Shown: piece after piece, positions 7,700-16,142 of the stretch
Layout of the letters: each line of letters begins with the position of its first letter
How positions within the stretch are numbered: the first letter of the stretch is position 1
Assembly: GCF_000020025.1 (NCBI RefSeq)
Contig: NC_010628.1
Coordinates: 6,150,001-6,182,000, forward strand
Source: Nostoc punctiforme PCC 73102
GTDB lineage: Bacteria; Cyanobacteriota; Cyanobacteriia; Cyanobacteriales; Nostocaceae
Direction: 5' to 3'
DNA: 32,000 nt
The notes under the pieces: generated by a model
Told to the model about the DNA's origin: nothing
The model's input: only the letters and a program-made list of their open reading frames with translations
Database searches by the model: none
Made by a program: the position numbers and the translations under genes

Positions 7700-7936
7700 C
7701 TACGCTGCTTGATTTGCTTCTAACCAGTTAAGTAAATCCTCAATAGCTGTAAAATCCAATAAAGCCTCGCCAAGCGCTCCTAATTGCTCTAAAGGAAGAG
7801 TTTGAATGCGCCCTCGAACGTCTTGTGGTAAATAATCTCTTACCCATTTTTGTAGTAGGCTTAACACGAGTGTTTTTCCTTGTTGTTGTTTTCCACGCTC
7901 GTAACCAATACGCTCGCCTATGGTAATGTAGCTCAT
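7700..7936 (-). CDS. Stand-alone DUF4351-like domain protein (C-terminal module of cyanobacterial Rpn/PD-(D/E)XK transposase-like proteins)
   Basis: 78 aa. ...GKTLVLSLLQKWVRDYLPQDVRGRIQTLPLEQLGALGEALLDFTAIEDLLNWL matches my recollection of the DUF4351 pattern (...L.LEQLE.LGEALLDF..L.DL..WL). It has its own AGGAG RBS about 8 nt upstream of the ATG. Confidence 0.6.
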   Translation of the reverse strand: MSYITIGERIGYERGKQQQGKTLVLSLLQKWVRDYLPQDVRGRIQTLPLEQLGALGEALLDFTAIEDLLNWLEANQAA

Positions 7937-8347
7937 AGTCCGCTCCTACTCAAATTGCTTATAGGATGTTTGAAAAGTAATTTGCTGTATCTTTGCACTT
8001 ATTTATCTCCCCTAACCCCCTTCAAATATCTGTAACGAGGAATGCAAACTGAATTGTTACATTAGAGTTTGAAGTATATTTATTACCTCAAGCTAGGAAA
8101 AGACAAAACATATTATTTGTAAATTTCTAAAATTCTTAATACTAAATTTATAATTTTGAATTATCTTTGGTGCAAATTAAAAATTGTAATTTCTTAATAA
8201 TTTATTTTAATTTTAGTAAAAAGGTTGACTACGATTATGTTTCGTTAAAATCGAATTGCTGCTATAAATACTAGAATGTATTTAAATAAGGTCTAATAAA
8301 TTACCATATAAATCCGGCAGCATTTACCTAGTCGTAATTTTAGAACC

Positions 8348-8884
8348 GTGCAAATTCATCCTCACTCAGAATTTAACCATAGCCGCGATCGCCGTGAACA
8401 GGGTTTGCAAAATTTACTCGACCGCCTTGTTAAATCAATTCAGCGCGATGAGTTAGTCCGGCAAACGACCAATCAACTCAGAGAATCGCTTCAGGTCGAT
8501 CGGGTGGTGTTGTATTATTTTTATAGTCAGTGGCAAGGTCAAGTTACTTTTGAATCTTTGAGTTCTAAAGAATTTTCAATACTTAGTTCCACTGGCCCAG
8601 ATGATTGTTTTAACAATGAGTATGCTGCTTTATACTTAGCAGGACGGGTAAGAGCGATCGCTAATATTGAATTAGAGCCAATCCAGCCTTGTCACCGAGA
8701 TTTTCTCCGCAATTTGCAAGTTCGCGCCAACTTGGTTGTACCAATTGTCATTCCTAGAGGATTATGGGGATTACTAGTAGCACATCACTGTCAAGGGCCT
8801 CATGATTGGTCGTCATCAGATATAGAAATGATGCAAACAGGGGCGCAAACTCTAGCAACAGATCGTAATATTTTGGAGAGTTAA
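8348..8884 (+). CDS. Stand-alone GAF-domain protein with DXCF-type cyanobacteriochrome-like cysteines
   Basis: 178 aa starting at GTG. VDRVVLYYF...WQGQV..ES...DDCF...GRVRAIANI...PCHRDFLRNLQVRANLVVPI...LWGLLVAHHCQGPHDW is a cyanobacterial phytochrome-class GAF fold pattern. Cys87 lies in D-D-C-F and Cys115 is followed by His116. No output domain. Confidence 0.8.
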   Translation: MQIHPHSEFNHSRDRREQGLQNLLDRLVKSIQRDELVRQTTNQLRESLQVDRVVLYYFYSQWQGQVTFESLSSKEFSILSSTGPDDCFNNEYAALYLAGRVRAIANIELEPIQPCHRDFLRNLQVRANLVVPIVIPRGLWGLLVAHHCQGPHDWSSSDIEMMQTGAQTLATDRNILES

Positions 8885-8900
8885 AACAATTAGCAATACT

Positions 8901-8949
8901 TCTCTACGAGAGGCTGCGCCCTAAGCGTAGCTATGCCGCAGGCTTTACG
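8901..8949. repeat. GC-rich dispersed repeat copy (inverted partner at 11137..11185)
   Basis: The reverse complement of TCTCTACGAGAGGCTGCGCCCTAAGCGTAGCTATGCCGCAGGCTTTACG matches 11137-11185 at 45 of 49 positions by my alignment. Confidence 0.75.
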
Positions 8950-9080
8950 ACTACGCTCAGTACAAGTTCGCAATTCGTAATTCGTAGTTAAAAGGGCGGT
9001 TAGAAACTGCGTCTACACAGGCAAAACCCACGGAGGTGGGTTTCAAACCCTCAATTTTTTCTAGATAAGGAGGAAGAATT

Positions 9081-9470
9081 ATGAAATTTGGTTACACGGT
9101 CATCTGGGTAGACGATGTAGTTAAGACCGTTGAGTTTTACGAAAAAGCCTTTGGTCTAGTTCGTCGCACTCTCTTGGATAAAGGGCAATCTATCTGGGCT
9201 GAAATCGAAACCGGAAACACCACATTGGCTTTCTCCTCCACTAGCGAAGCACAAAATTTATTTCCTGGCGGCTTCCATCCCAACGATCCTGCACAACCAC
9301 CGACATTAATCCAGATATCATTTATCACTCCTGATGTTGGCAGTGCTTACATGAGAGCGATCGGGGCCGGTGCAAAAGCATTAAATGCTCCTAAATCTCA
9401 ACCTGGGGGACAAACAATTGCTCGTGTCCGCGATCCTAATGGCGTGTTGGTGTCGTTAGTGAGTGGGTGA
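9081..9470 (+). CDS. VOC-family (glyoxalase/bleomycin-resistance/dioxygenase fold) protein
   Basis: 129 aa. MKFGYTVIWVDDVVKTVEFYEKAFGL is the typical N-terminal beta-alpha-beta-beta-beta module. A strong AAGGAGG RBS lies upstream. Confidence 0.82.
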   Translation: MKFGYTVIWVDDVVKTVEFYEKAFGLVRRTLLDKGQSIWAEIETGNTTLAFSSTSEAQNLFPGGFHPNDPAQPPTLIQISFITPDVGSAYMRAIGAGAKALNAPKSQPGGQTIARVRDPNGVLVSLVSG

Positions 9471-9609
9471 AATTCTCACAAATGGATTTAGTCAAGATAG
9501 CTTTCCCATGCTTATGATTCAGTCAATATAGAGAAAGTCACGGGTTAAACTGTCTGTTGAGGACTTAGAAGTTAAATTGAATTTATAACTCTTAACTCTT
9601 GACTTTCCA

Positions 9610-10797
9610 ATGGATTCAAATCCAGCATTGTGTGCAGCGATCGCCAATCACATTACTAATACTCCCCAGCAACGAATTACTTTCGCCGAATTCATGGATT
9701 TGGCACTATACCACCCTGAATACGGCTACTATTCCAGCGATGCAGTCAAAATAGGCTTTAAAGATAGTGATTTTTTTACCTCTCCCAACCTCTGTTCTGA
9801 CTTTGGTGAATTACTAGCAGAACAATTTTTGCAAATGTGGGAGATTTTAGGAAAACCTGTACCCTTTTCTTTGGTAGAAATGGGAGCAGGTCAAGGACTG
9901 CTAGCTTTGCATATCCTTAAATATCATCAGCTACACTACCCAGATTTTTTTACGGCGCTAGAGTACATTATTGTTGAAAAGTCGCCAATTTTAAGACAAG
10001 AACAGCAGCAACGCTTGCAAGATTTCCCCGTGCGTTGGTGCAATTTAGAGGAGATACCACCAAATGCGATCGCAGGCTGCTTTTTTTCCAACGAGTTAGT
10101 AGATGCTTTCCCCGTCCATCAATTCATCCTAGAAACAGGAGAACTTAGGGAAATTTATGTAACCACAGATAAGAATGAAAAAGAAACTAATGCCCCATAC
10201 CCTTCATTTGCGGAAGTTATAGGGGAACCTTCAACGCCCCAACTGGCTGAATATTTAGACTTAGTGGAAATGAACTTTACTCAAAGTGCATATCCAGATG
10301 GCTACCGTAGTGAAATTAATTTAGCTGCTCTAGACTGGTTGAGTATAGTAGCAGACCGCTTGCAGCGCGGCTATGTGTTAACAATTGATTATGGCTACCC
10401 CGCCAGCCGTTACTACAATCCCAGGCGATCGCAAGGAACCCTACAGTGTTATTATCATCATCGTTTCCATGACAACCCCTATATCAATATTGGGCGACAA
10501 GATATCACAGCCCATGTTGACTTTACAGCTTTGGAACGCTGGGGCCAGAAGTGTAACTTAAAGAATGTTGGTTTTATCCAGCAGGGATTATTTTTGATGG
10601 CGTTGGGGTTAGGCGATCGGATTGCAGCCCTTTCTTATCAAAAGCAACCCCTCTTGGAGTTACTACAGCGCCGGGATGCACTACACCAGCTTATAGATCC
10701 TACAGGACTAGGCGGCTTTGGAGTCTTAATTCAGAGCAAAGGTCTGGACAATACAGAAATTTCTCAGTCACTAAAAGGCTTGACACTGCCAGAGTGA
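9610..10797 (+). CDS. SAM-dependent methyltransferase, MidA/NDUFAF7 (DUF185) family
   Basis: 395 aa. ITFAEFMDLALYHPEYGYYSS..., LVEMGAGQGLLA (SAM motif), FSNELVDAFPVH and DITAHVDFTAL are typical of the family. Confidence 0.82.
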   Translation: MDSNPALCAAIANHITNTPQQRITFAEFMDLALYHPEYGYYSSDAVKIGFKDSDFFTSPNLCSDFGELLAEQFLQMWEILGKPVPFSLVEMGAGQGLLALHILKYHQLHYPDFFTALEYIIVEKSPILRQEQQQRLQDFPVRWCNLEEIPPNAIAGCFFSNELVDAFPVHQFILETGELREIYVTTDKNEKETNAPYPSFAEVIGEPSTPQLAEYLDLVEMNFTQSAYPDGYRSEINLAALDWLSIVADRLQRGYVLTIDYGYPASRYYNPRRSQGTLQCYYHHRFHDNPYINIGRQDITAHVDFTALERWGQKCNLKNVGFIQQGLFLMALGLGDRIAALSYQKQPLLELLQRRDALHQLIDPTGLGGFGVLIQSKGLDNTEISQSLKGLTLPE

Positions 10798-11136
10798 ACG
10801 TTAATTTGAAAAGTTAAAACTCTATTTAAGAATGCAGTATTAGTCTTATTTAGACTAGCATAACAGTGATTACTGTAAAGTTAAACACACTACCAAAGTA
10901 ATAATTATGTCCACTCATGACCTGTTAATGCTAGCAACACTACTTACTCCCGGTATTTTACTTTCAGTGATAATTATGTTGACTTTTGCTGCCGGTGGTT
11001 GATTGCCAGAGTTAGGGAGTAACAAAACTGGATTTAGGATTCTATCTTAAATTTCAAATAAGTACTTCCCAACTAAATTTGAATCAAACAATGCGATGTT
11101 CGCAATGGGCTATGACGCTCGATGACTCGCTCTAAG

Positions 11137-11185
11137 CGTAAAGCCTACGGCATAGCTTCGTTTAGGGCGCAGCCTCTCATAGAGA
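11137..11185. repeat. GC-rich dispersed repeat copy (inverted partner of 8901..8949)
   Basis: CGTAAAGCCTACGGCATAGCTTCGTTTAGGGCGCAGCCTCTCATAGAGA. See the 8901..8949 entry. Confidence 0.75.
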
Positions 11186-11232
11186 CGCTACGCAAACGCT
11201 ATCGGTGACGCTGTATTAAAGGAACGTAAAAA

Positions 11233-12099
11233 ATGAAGGTGGCATTTCTGGGAACTGGACTGATGGGACTACCAATGGCTCAAAGGTTATTAGCCGCAGA
11301 TATACAGCTAGTTGCCTACAATCGTACCCCAGAAAAATTAGCACCACTACAAGCAGCTGGGGCTGAAATTGCTACACATCCCCGCCACGCCATTCGTGCT
11401 GCTGAGTGCGTAATTCTCATGCTGACTAATGCCCCAGCCATTTATAATGTGTTGCTTTCAGATACTGCTTGGCAAACTCTGGAAGGGCGCACGATTATCC
11501 AAATGGGAACAATTACTCCCACAGAAAGCCAGGAAATTAGAGATGCAATAGTTGGTGGTGGTGGTGAGTATTTAGAAGCACCAGTATTAGGGAGTATCCC
11601 AGAAGCACAAGCTGGCAAGTTGAGTGTGATGGTAGGGGCAGAGCCAGAACAATATCAACGGCACTTGAAGTTACTCCAAAATTTTGGGACAGAACCTTTA
11701 CTTATCGGGCCAGTAGGATCTGCGGCGGCGCTTAAATTGGCACTAAATCAACTAATAGCTTCTCTAACAACTAGCTTTGCTCTGAGCCTGGCTTTTGTCC
11801 AGCGTCAGGGTGTTGATGTGGATATGTTTATGCAAATCTTGCGCGACAGTCCACTCTACGCACCTACCTTTGACAAAAAGCTACAACGTATGTTGGATGG
11901 CAATTATGCCGAACCGAATTTCCCTACAAAACATTTGCTCAAAGATACAGAATTGTTTATCTCTGAAGCGAAATCTCGAAGTTTGGATCTCAGCAGTATT
12001 AAAGGTGTGCGGCAAATCTTGCAAACAGCCGTGAAAATGTCATTTGCTGATGATGATTATTCATCACTATTTTCTGTAATTAAAGAATGGGGAGAGTGA
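11233..12099 (+). CDS. NAD(P)-dependent oxidoreductase, beta-hydroxyacid (3-hydroxyisobutyrate/6-phosphogluconate) dehydrogenase-like family
   Basis: 288 aa. N-terminal Rossmann motif MKVAFLGTGLMGLPMAQRLL, then a central AAALKLALNQL helix-domain pattern. Confidence 0.85.
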   Translation: MKVAFLGTGLMGLPMAQRLLAADIQLVAYNRTPEKLAPLQAAGAEIATHPRHAIRAAECVILMLTNAPAIYNVLLSDTAWQTLEGRTIIQMGTITPTESQEIRDAIVGGGGEYLEAPVLGSIPEAQAGKLSVMVGAEPEQYQRHLKLLQNFGTEPLLIGPVGSAAALKLALNQLIASLTTSFALSLAFVQRQGVDVDMFMQILRDSPLYAPTFDKKLQRMLDGNYAEPNFPTKHLLKDTELFISEAKSRSLDLSSIKGVRQILQTAVKMSFADDDYSSLFSVIKEWGE

Positions 12100-12126
12100 T
12101 GGAGGAATAAATGGAGGAATAAATTT

Positions 12127-12162
12127 AAGTAGGGTAGCACAGTTAGCTGTGCTACCCTACTT
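12127..12162. terminator. Bidirectional hairpin terminator between convergent genes
   Basis: AAGTAGGGTAGCACAG (12127-12142), loop TTAG, then CTGTGCTACCCTACTT (12147-12162), a perfect 16-bp stem. AAAAGTTTTTT follows on the + side. It lies between the stops of 11233..12099(+) and 12244..14316(-). Confidence 0.65.
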
Positions 12163-12243
12163 AAAAGTTTTTTACACCCCGGCATCCCTGATATGCGTGT
12201 TGAAAATGCTGAATTAAAAGGTTTTAATCTTTAAATAACGATA

Positions 12244-14316
12244 TTACTGCCCATTAGTAGTTGATTGAGGAAATGGTAGAGATTCAGTCTGGGGTTGAGG
12301 CTGAGGTTCAGGTTTAGGATTGAGAAAATCCTGCCAAGTCTTAATTTGCTCTTGCGCCGCACTGTAAGCAGCACTACCGCGTGGAATCGATTTTGCAATA
12401 TCAATCCCTCTAGCAATATCAGACTGACCTTGAGAGCGGGCTATTTCTAACAATTGCTGACTCCATTGGTCAATAGCCAGATTCGCATCCATACGTAAGA
12501 TGCTATTGTTTGAAACCCGATCTGCCAACCGTATTGCTTCAACCAAAGCTTCTGGCGTACCAGCCGCGCCAACTTCTTGAGCTTTTTTCCAGTTTTCTCT
12601 AGTGCGGATTTGCCCTTCCCAATCATTTATCGCAGCTTGCGCTTCTTGTGAAAGCGCCCTTCCAGATGAGGCAATTTGTTGAGCGGCGCTAATGGCGGCG
12701 GTGAGATTTCCACTCTGAGCCAGTTCTTGTGCTTGATCCAAGTAGGGTTGGTCTTGAATTCGCTGAATTTTTCCTACCCAAGTCCGAATTCTTTTCCGTG
12801 CTTCTGGATATAATGCCCGACCTCTACGAATTTCGCTGGCCTGAGCGATCGCAGCTTGTAAGGAGTTGATATCATCGAATACAGCTATCTGTTCGGCACG
12901 TTCTAAGTACGGTTGGTCTTCAATTGTCTCCACTTGGGCACGCCAGCGATCCATTTCTTGTCTAGCTTCGGTGGCCCTGGGGTTAGTTGCAGGGATGAGC
13001 TGCACCTGGGCGATCGCTGCTGTTAAATTAGGGACTGTTCCCTGGCTAGCCAACATTCTCGCTTTTTCTAGATTGGCGACATCTTCAATTTCTAACTGCC
13101 AACGAGCAATCAGTTGCTGGGCTTCGTTATACACTGGTCTGGAAGGATCGATTTGTTGTGCTTGAGCAATCGCAGCCTCTAGACCAGAAACATTACCTAT
13201 CCAAGCACTTCTTTTCGCGTCAGCTATGGCGATAAAATCGTCTGTTTCTCCCTGTAGTTTCGTACTCTCTGGAATTTGTCTAGCAATATTCAGTGCTTCT
13301 TCTGCATCCTGCTTGTCTAGTTTTGCCTGTGCCAATTCCAGCATTTTGCGTCCAAATGCGGGAATTGCTTCCTGAGCTTTTTGGTAAAGGTAACTTTCCT
13401 GCCCAATAGACTCAGCTAGCTTGATGGCTTCCAGTAAATTATCGACTACTTTGCTGCTTGCTAAACTTTCTGCTTTTCCTAGCTTATCGCCATCTTCGCG
13501 GGCTGCGGCGATTAGACGATTCAATTGGTCGTATTTAGTACCCGCCCAGTATTGATTGTCTACGCGCAGCATTTTGGCGGATAACATGAATGCCGATTGC
13601 CAGCGCCGTTCTTTTACTTCGGCGATCGCACCATTGTATGTTTCTTCTGCTTTTGTCCAAATTGACTGCCATTTGTCAACTTGTTCATCGACTAATTTAT
13701 AAGCTGACACATCTTCGGGTATCTTGCGAGCAGTAGCGATCGCTTCCTCTAAATTCCCTGTTTGGAAACTTTGATCGGCTAGCTTCAAAATATCCCGCGA
13801 CCATTCTTCGATGAAACGATCGATTTCTCCATGCAACGGGTGATTTTGTGGTAGTTGCTTCACCAGAGCGATCGCTTGCAATAGGTCGTTCACTGTTTGC
13901 TTAGAAGCCGCCAACTGAGCGCAATGTAGACGCACAGAAGCACTAGCTAGGGGCCAGAAAATCGAGGGGCAATTAGGAGCAGTTGGCAACTTGAGCAGCA
14001 TTGCCATTGCCAAGAATCCTACACTGCCGGGAATCAACATTAGTAGTACTAGCCACAATGTCCAGCTTTTCATCCAGCGTGGCCATTTCCCAGAAGCACT
14101 ACTGAGTTGGGCAGTTTCTTCTGAATGACTATTTATAGGTAATCCTTGTGTATCGTTTTTTTTTCGCCGCTTCACTGACTTGGAAGTAGAACCAGTAGGT
14201 GGGACACCAAATGGTTGAGTTTCACCGAATTGTTCTGTTCGGGATAATCTTTTGTTTTGATCTGGCTCTCTATCACTGGCTGAAGACCAACTGTCTGGAA
14301 TATCCCGCTCTGTCAT
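12244..14316 (-). CDS. Membrane-anchored repeat protein (disordered basic N-terminus, one TM helix, about 10 degenerate ~55-aa helical repeats, PEPQPQPQ tail)
   Basis: 690-aa ORF. TM segment WTLWLVLLMLIPGSVGFLAMAMLL at about residues 85-108. Recurring module L..AI..A..I.....Y..A...I..W......D.PYL..A..LA..G, e.g. LTAAIAQVQLIPATNPRATEARQEMDRWRAQVETIEDQPYLERAEQIA and LQAAIAQASEIRRGRALYPEARKRIRTWVGKIQRIQDQPYLDQAQELA. Confidence 0.8.
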   Translation of the reverse strand: MTERDIPDSWSSASDREPDQNKRLSRTEQFGETQPFGVPPTGSTSKSVKRRKKNDTQGLPINSHSEETAQLSSASGKWPRWMKSWTLWLVLLMLIPGSVGFLAMAMLLKLPTAPNCPSIFWPLASASVRLHCAQLAASKQTVNDLLQAIALVKQLPQNHPLHGEIDRFIEEWSRDILKLADQSFQTGNLEEAIATARKIPEDVSAYKLVDEQVDKWQSIWTKAEETYNGAIAEVKERRWQSAFMLSAKMLRVDNQYWAGTKYDQLNRLIAAAREDGDKLGKAESLASSKVVDNLLEAIKLAESIGQESYLYQKAQEAIPAFGRKMLELAQAKLDKQDAEEALNIARQIPESTKLQGETDDFIAIADAKRSAWIGNVSGLEAAIAQAQQIDPSRPVYNEAQQLIARWQLEIEDVANLEKARMLASQGTVPNLTAAIAQVQLIPATNPRATEARQEMDRWRAQVETIEDQPYLERAEQIAVFDDINSLQAAIAQASEIRRGRALYPEARKRIRTWVGKIQRIQDQPYLDQAQELAQSGNLTAAISAAQQIASSGRALSQEAQAAINDWEGQIRTRENWKKAQEVGAAGTPEALVEAIRLADRVSNNSILRMDANLAIDQWSQQLLEIARSQGQSDIARGIDIAKSIPRGSAAYSAAQEQIKTWQDFLNPKPEPQPQPQTESLPFPQSTTNGQ

Positions 14317-14471
14317 CTCTCACACCAAAATAATTGAATAGCGCTCTGTTTTAGGTCGATAATTCCATTGATGCCATAGTAACTTTCTCGCGATCAAAAA
14401 GCTACTTTTTTTGATTATCCCTCTCCACAGAATACTATGTTCAATCTAAAAAATTAGTGTCGTTTTATACT

Positions 14472-15377
14472 TTATCCTGAAACAGTAGATTCAGCTTGCA
14501 AATCGGCAATTAGTTGAGCTAACTGATCGCTACTTGCCTGGTAAACGTTGCTGCAAAAGTCGCAAGTTGCTTCAGCACCATTATCTTTAACAATCATATC
14601 TTGCAGTTCGGCTTCTCCTAAAATTTTCAGTGCCCCCAAAACGCGATCGAAAGAACAACCACAGTGGAAGCGCAGCATTTGCCGTTCGGAAAAGATTTCC
14701 AGCCCCATATCGCCCAAAAGATCGCTAAAGATTTCAGTCAAATTCTTTCCGGCTTGCAACAATGGCGTAAATCCTGCCAAACCAGCGACCCGTGATTCTA
14801 AGGTTTCTACGAGGGCTTCATCTCTGGCAGCTTTGGGTAACACTTGTATTAGTAATCCTCCAGCCGCAGTTACTCCCCCTGCTCCCACAAACACACCTAA
14901 AACTAAAGCTGAAGGTGTTTGTTCAGAATTCACCAGATAATGAGCCACATCATCGCCAATTTCACCAGAAACTAGTTCTACCGTACTAGAGTAAGGATAA
15001 CCATAACCGACATCTCGCACAACGTAGAGGTAGCCACCACCCACTGCACCACCAACATCTAGCTTACCTTTGGCATTAGGAGGTAATTCTATAGATGGAT
15101 TCCCCACATACCCGCGTACCGTACCATCTAAGCCAGCATCTACCAATATGCCGCCTAAAGGACCATCGCCTTTCACCCGCACATTGACCCTTGATCCACT
15201 TCGCTTCATACTAGAAGCCATTAACAAGCCCGCCGCCATAGTGCGACCCAGTGCTGCCGTTGCCACATAGGAGAGCTTGTGTCGCTGCCGTGCTTCTTCT
15301 GTTAAACGTGTGGTGATCACACCTACGGCACGAATTCCACCTTCGGCTGCTGTTGCACGAATTAACTGATCCGCCAT
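14472..15377 (-). CDS. hslO: Redox-regulated chaperone Hsp33
   Basis: MADQLIRATAAEGGIRAVGVITT... with the C-terminal zinc centre HCGCSFDR...ATCDFCSNVY (CXC...CXXC). The ORF is open to 15407, but ATG 15377 gives the conserved N-terminus. Confidence 0.9.
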   Translation of the reverse strand: MADQLIRATAAEGGIRAVGVITTRLTEEARQRHKLSYVATAALGRTMAAGLLMASSMKRSGSRVNVRVKGDGPLGGILVDAGLDGTVRGYVGNPSIELPPNAKGKLDVGGAVGGGYLYVVRDVGYGYPYSSTVELVSGEIGDDVAHYLVNSEQTPSALVLGVFVGAGGVTAAGGLLIQVLPKAARDEALVETLESRVAGLAGFTPLLQAGKNLTEIFSDLLGDMGLEIFSERQMLRFHCGCSFDRVLGALKILGEAELQDMIVKDNGAEATCDFCSNVYQASSDQLAQLIADLQAESTVSG

Positions 15378-15519
15378 GAATAACCTTACATTTCTTAACA
15401 AGTTCACTTTTTCTATTCTAAGTTCTCTGCTGCAAGAAAAGTAACGTAGTGGGGTGTCACGTAAATAAACGGCTGTTATTGGTCATTGCTCACTTTTACT
15501 GAGCGTATCCTCCGCTAAC

Positions 15520-15595
15520 GCGCAGCGTCTCGTAGAGAAGTCGTTGGCGCAGGGTCTCGTAGAGAAGTCGTTGGCGTAGCCTCTCGTAGAGAAGT
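15520..15595. repeat. 27-bp tandem repeat, about 2.8 copies (GCGCAG[C/G]GTCTCGTAGAGAAGTCGTTG)
   Basis: Copies at 15520-15546, 15547-15573 and 15574-15595 (partial), read directly. It shares the CTCGTAGAG/GCGCAG motifs of the 8901 and 11137 repeats. Lies in the divergent spacer between hslO and 15632..16081. Confidence 0.8.
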
Positions 15596-15631
15596 ATTTA
15601 TCATTAGTTATTTCCAAAGGACAAAGGACTA

Positions 15632-16081
15632 ATGACAAAGACTATTTGCAATATTAGAAATAGCGATGTCTCACTTTTAGGCAATCTTAGAAAAATGCTA
15701 GGTAATTTTCAACAAAGTCAACTGCGAATCGAAATTGAAGCGTCAACAGATGCAATTCGTGACAGTCTGCTGCATCCGGTACAACTAGAAAAATGGCTCT
15801 TAGGACAACGCTTTGCGCCAGGAATGCCAGAAGAACTACTTCCGGGATTTCAGTTTACTACCTGGACTGGGCCAGTCTCAATTCATCATCAAGTAGACGT
15901 TGTAAAATCCAACTGTCTCCGTTTGCTACTCAGTGGAGGTATTGACGGGTTTCATGAATGGTATTGGGGAGAAGGTTGGGTGCAATCCCGCTTGGAAGGA
16001 GTTTCACTTTTGCCCTTGAATTTGGGTCAAACCTTGAGTCTGTTGAGCTTGCGTCAATTTCTGGCAACTCAAGGAGGTTGA
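15632..16081 (+). CDS. Conserved hypothetical protein (possibly SRPBCC/START-like fold)
   Basis: 149-aa ORF. An internal ATG at about 15698 (MLGNFQQSQLRIEIEAS) is an alternative start. The fold guess rests only on size and the beta-rich pattern with a C-terminal helix, so it is weak. Confidence 0.55.
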   Translation: MTKTICNIRNSDVSLLGNLRKMLGNFQQSQLRIEIEASTDAIRDSLLHPVQLEKWLLGQRFAPGMPEELLPGFQFTTWTGPVSIHHQVDVVKSNCLRLLLSGGIDGFHEWYWGEGWVQSRLEGVSLLPLNLGQTLSLLSLRQFLATQGG

Positions 16082-16142
16082 ATCGACTGAATGTGAAGAG
16101 ATTGGGAATTGGGGTATGGGGCACAAGAGGCAGAGGGGAAGA

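Noticed and set aside
9023-9060. AAAACCCAC-GGAG-GTGGGTTT hairpin as terminator of the GAF gene
   Set aside because: The stem is good, but the T-run is about 10 nt away from it and the hairpin lies 140 nt past the stop. The signal is ambiguous, so it is not listed as a feature.
8901-11185. Composite transposon bounded by inverted repeats
   Set aside because: There is no transposase or integrase, the cargo looks like ordinary metabolic genes containing HIP1 sites, and the repeat belongs to a dispersed intergenic family seen elsewhere in the window. It is kept only as a low-interest finding.
15520-15595. Possible CRISPR array
   Set aside because: The 27-bp units are directly adjacent with no spacers, there are only about 2.8 copies, and no cas genes are present. 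It is a simple tandem repeat.
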